DNA of 64,000 nucleotides from Longimicrobiales bacterium (GTDB taxonomy: Bacteria > Gemmatimonadota > Gemmatimonadetes > Longimicrobiales > RSA9), in contig DASUXU010000014.1 in assembly GCA_036377735.1 (NCBI GenBank), forward strand, positions 6,410-70,409. The letters run 5' to 3'. The position numbers and the translations under genes are program-made. Below, piece after piece: positions 63,818 through 64,000 of the stretch. The notes under the pieces are model-generated. The model searched no databases. It was not told the origin of the DNA and saw only the letters and a program-made list of their open reading frames with translations. Position 1 is the stretch's first letter, and every line of letters begins with the position of its first letter.

Positions 63818-64000
63818 AGTTCCGTTGAGACCTCGAGCTCGTCTGCGGAAACGAGGGAGCGACCGTAGAATGCGCCGTGCGCGTCGGAGCGGCGGTCTAC
63901 TGCGTAAACCGAGCCAGGCAGTTTCTTCGCGAACGTCTTCATTTCCGTCGCGAGCTCGCTTACACGGGCCGTATGGGTGAAGCTGCGATGCTCATTCGTG
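63814..64000 (-). CDS. 3' end of an unidentified CDS entering from the right edge
   Basis: The open frame reads ..TNEHRSFTHTARVSELATEMKTFAKKLPGSVYAVDRRSDAHGAFYGRSLVSADELEVSTEL-stop. Its TGA overlaps the downstream ATG (ATGA at 63814-63817). I recognise no family. Confidence 0.4.
   Translation of the reverse strand, partial: TNEHRSFTHTARVSELATEMKTFAKKLPGSVYAVDRRSDAHGAFYGRSLVSADELEVSTEL

Overview
High-GC bacterial chromosomal segment from a diderm organism, since lipid A, BAM, Lol and TonB-receptor genes are all present. I call about 62 protein-coding genes, one tRNA-Arg(CCT), one clear intrinsic terminator and one programmed +1 frameshift site (prfB). I saw no rRNA, CRISPR array, transposase, integrase or prophage genes. 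The gene set (LpxC-FabZ fusion, BshC, CarboxypepD_reg-type TonB receptor) suggests the FCB/Gemmatimonadota neighbourhood, but that is inference only. Positions 1-25,000 form a mixed-orientation stress, metal and accessory region. It holds LemA/NTase/TPM, an ABC-F protein, a P1B-4 metal ATPase, a tandem USP, an orphan RtcB, a seven-gene DUF2249/DUF59/DUF1858 operon with a SufR-like regulator, and a class A beta-lactamase-like gene. It also holds an AP-superfamily/NTP-transferase pair, an Ig-repeat lipoprotein, a copper-uptake operon (TonB receptor, CopCD, YcnI) and AmpG. Positions 24,150-64,000 are an almost unbroken minus-strand array of housekeeping genes, many joined by ATGA/GTGA overlaps. 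In transcription order these are prfB, lysS, lolCE/lolD, mcsA-mcsB-clpC, bamA-skp, lpxD, lpxC/fabZ, lpxA, an oxidoreductase, lpxB, DUF374, lpxK, nadB, gdh, rlmH, bshC, murJ, uvrC, larC, a TPR protein, DUF512-der-plsY-gpsA, a MerR regulator, surE-pcm and dedA. Many long ORFs in the six-frame track are antisense or out-of-frame shadows caused by high GC and were rejected. Several track ORFs carry spurious Arg-rich N-terminal extensions, and I re-set those starts using stop/start overlaps, SD-like motifs and family N-termini. The most promising candidate for an undescribed system is the translationally welded operon at 7703-12000. Second is the outer-to-inner-membrane copper acquisition operon at 17873-22724 with its unassigned His/Cys-rich small protein. 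All family assignments come from motif recognition by eye; no database search was run.
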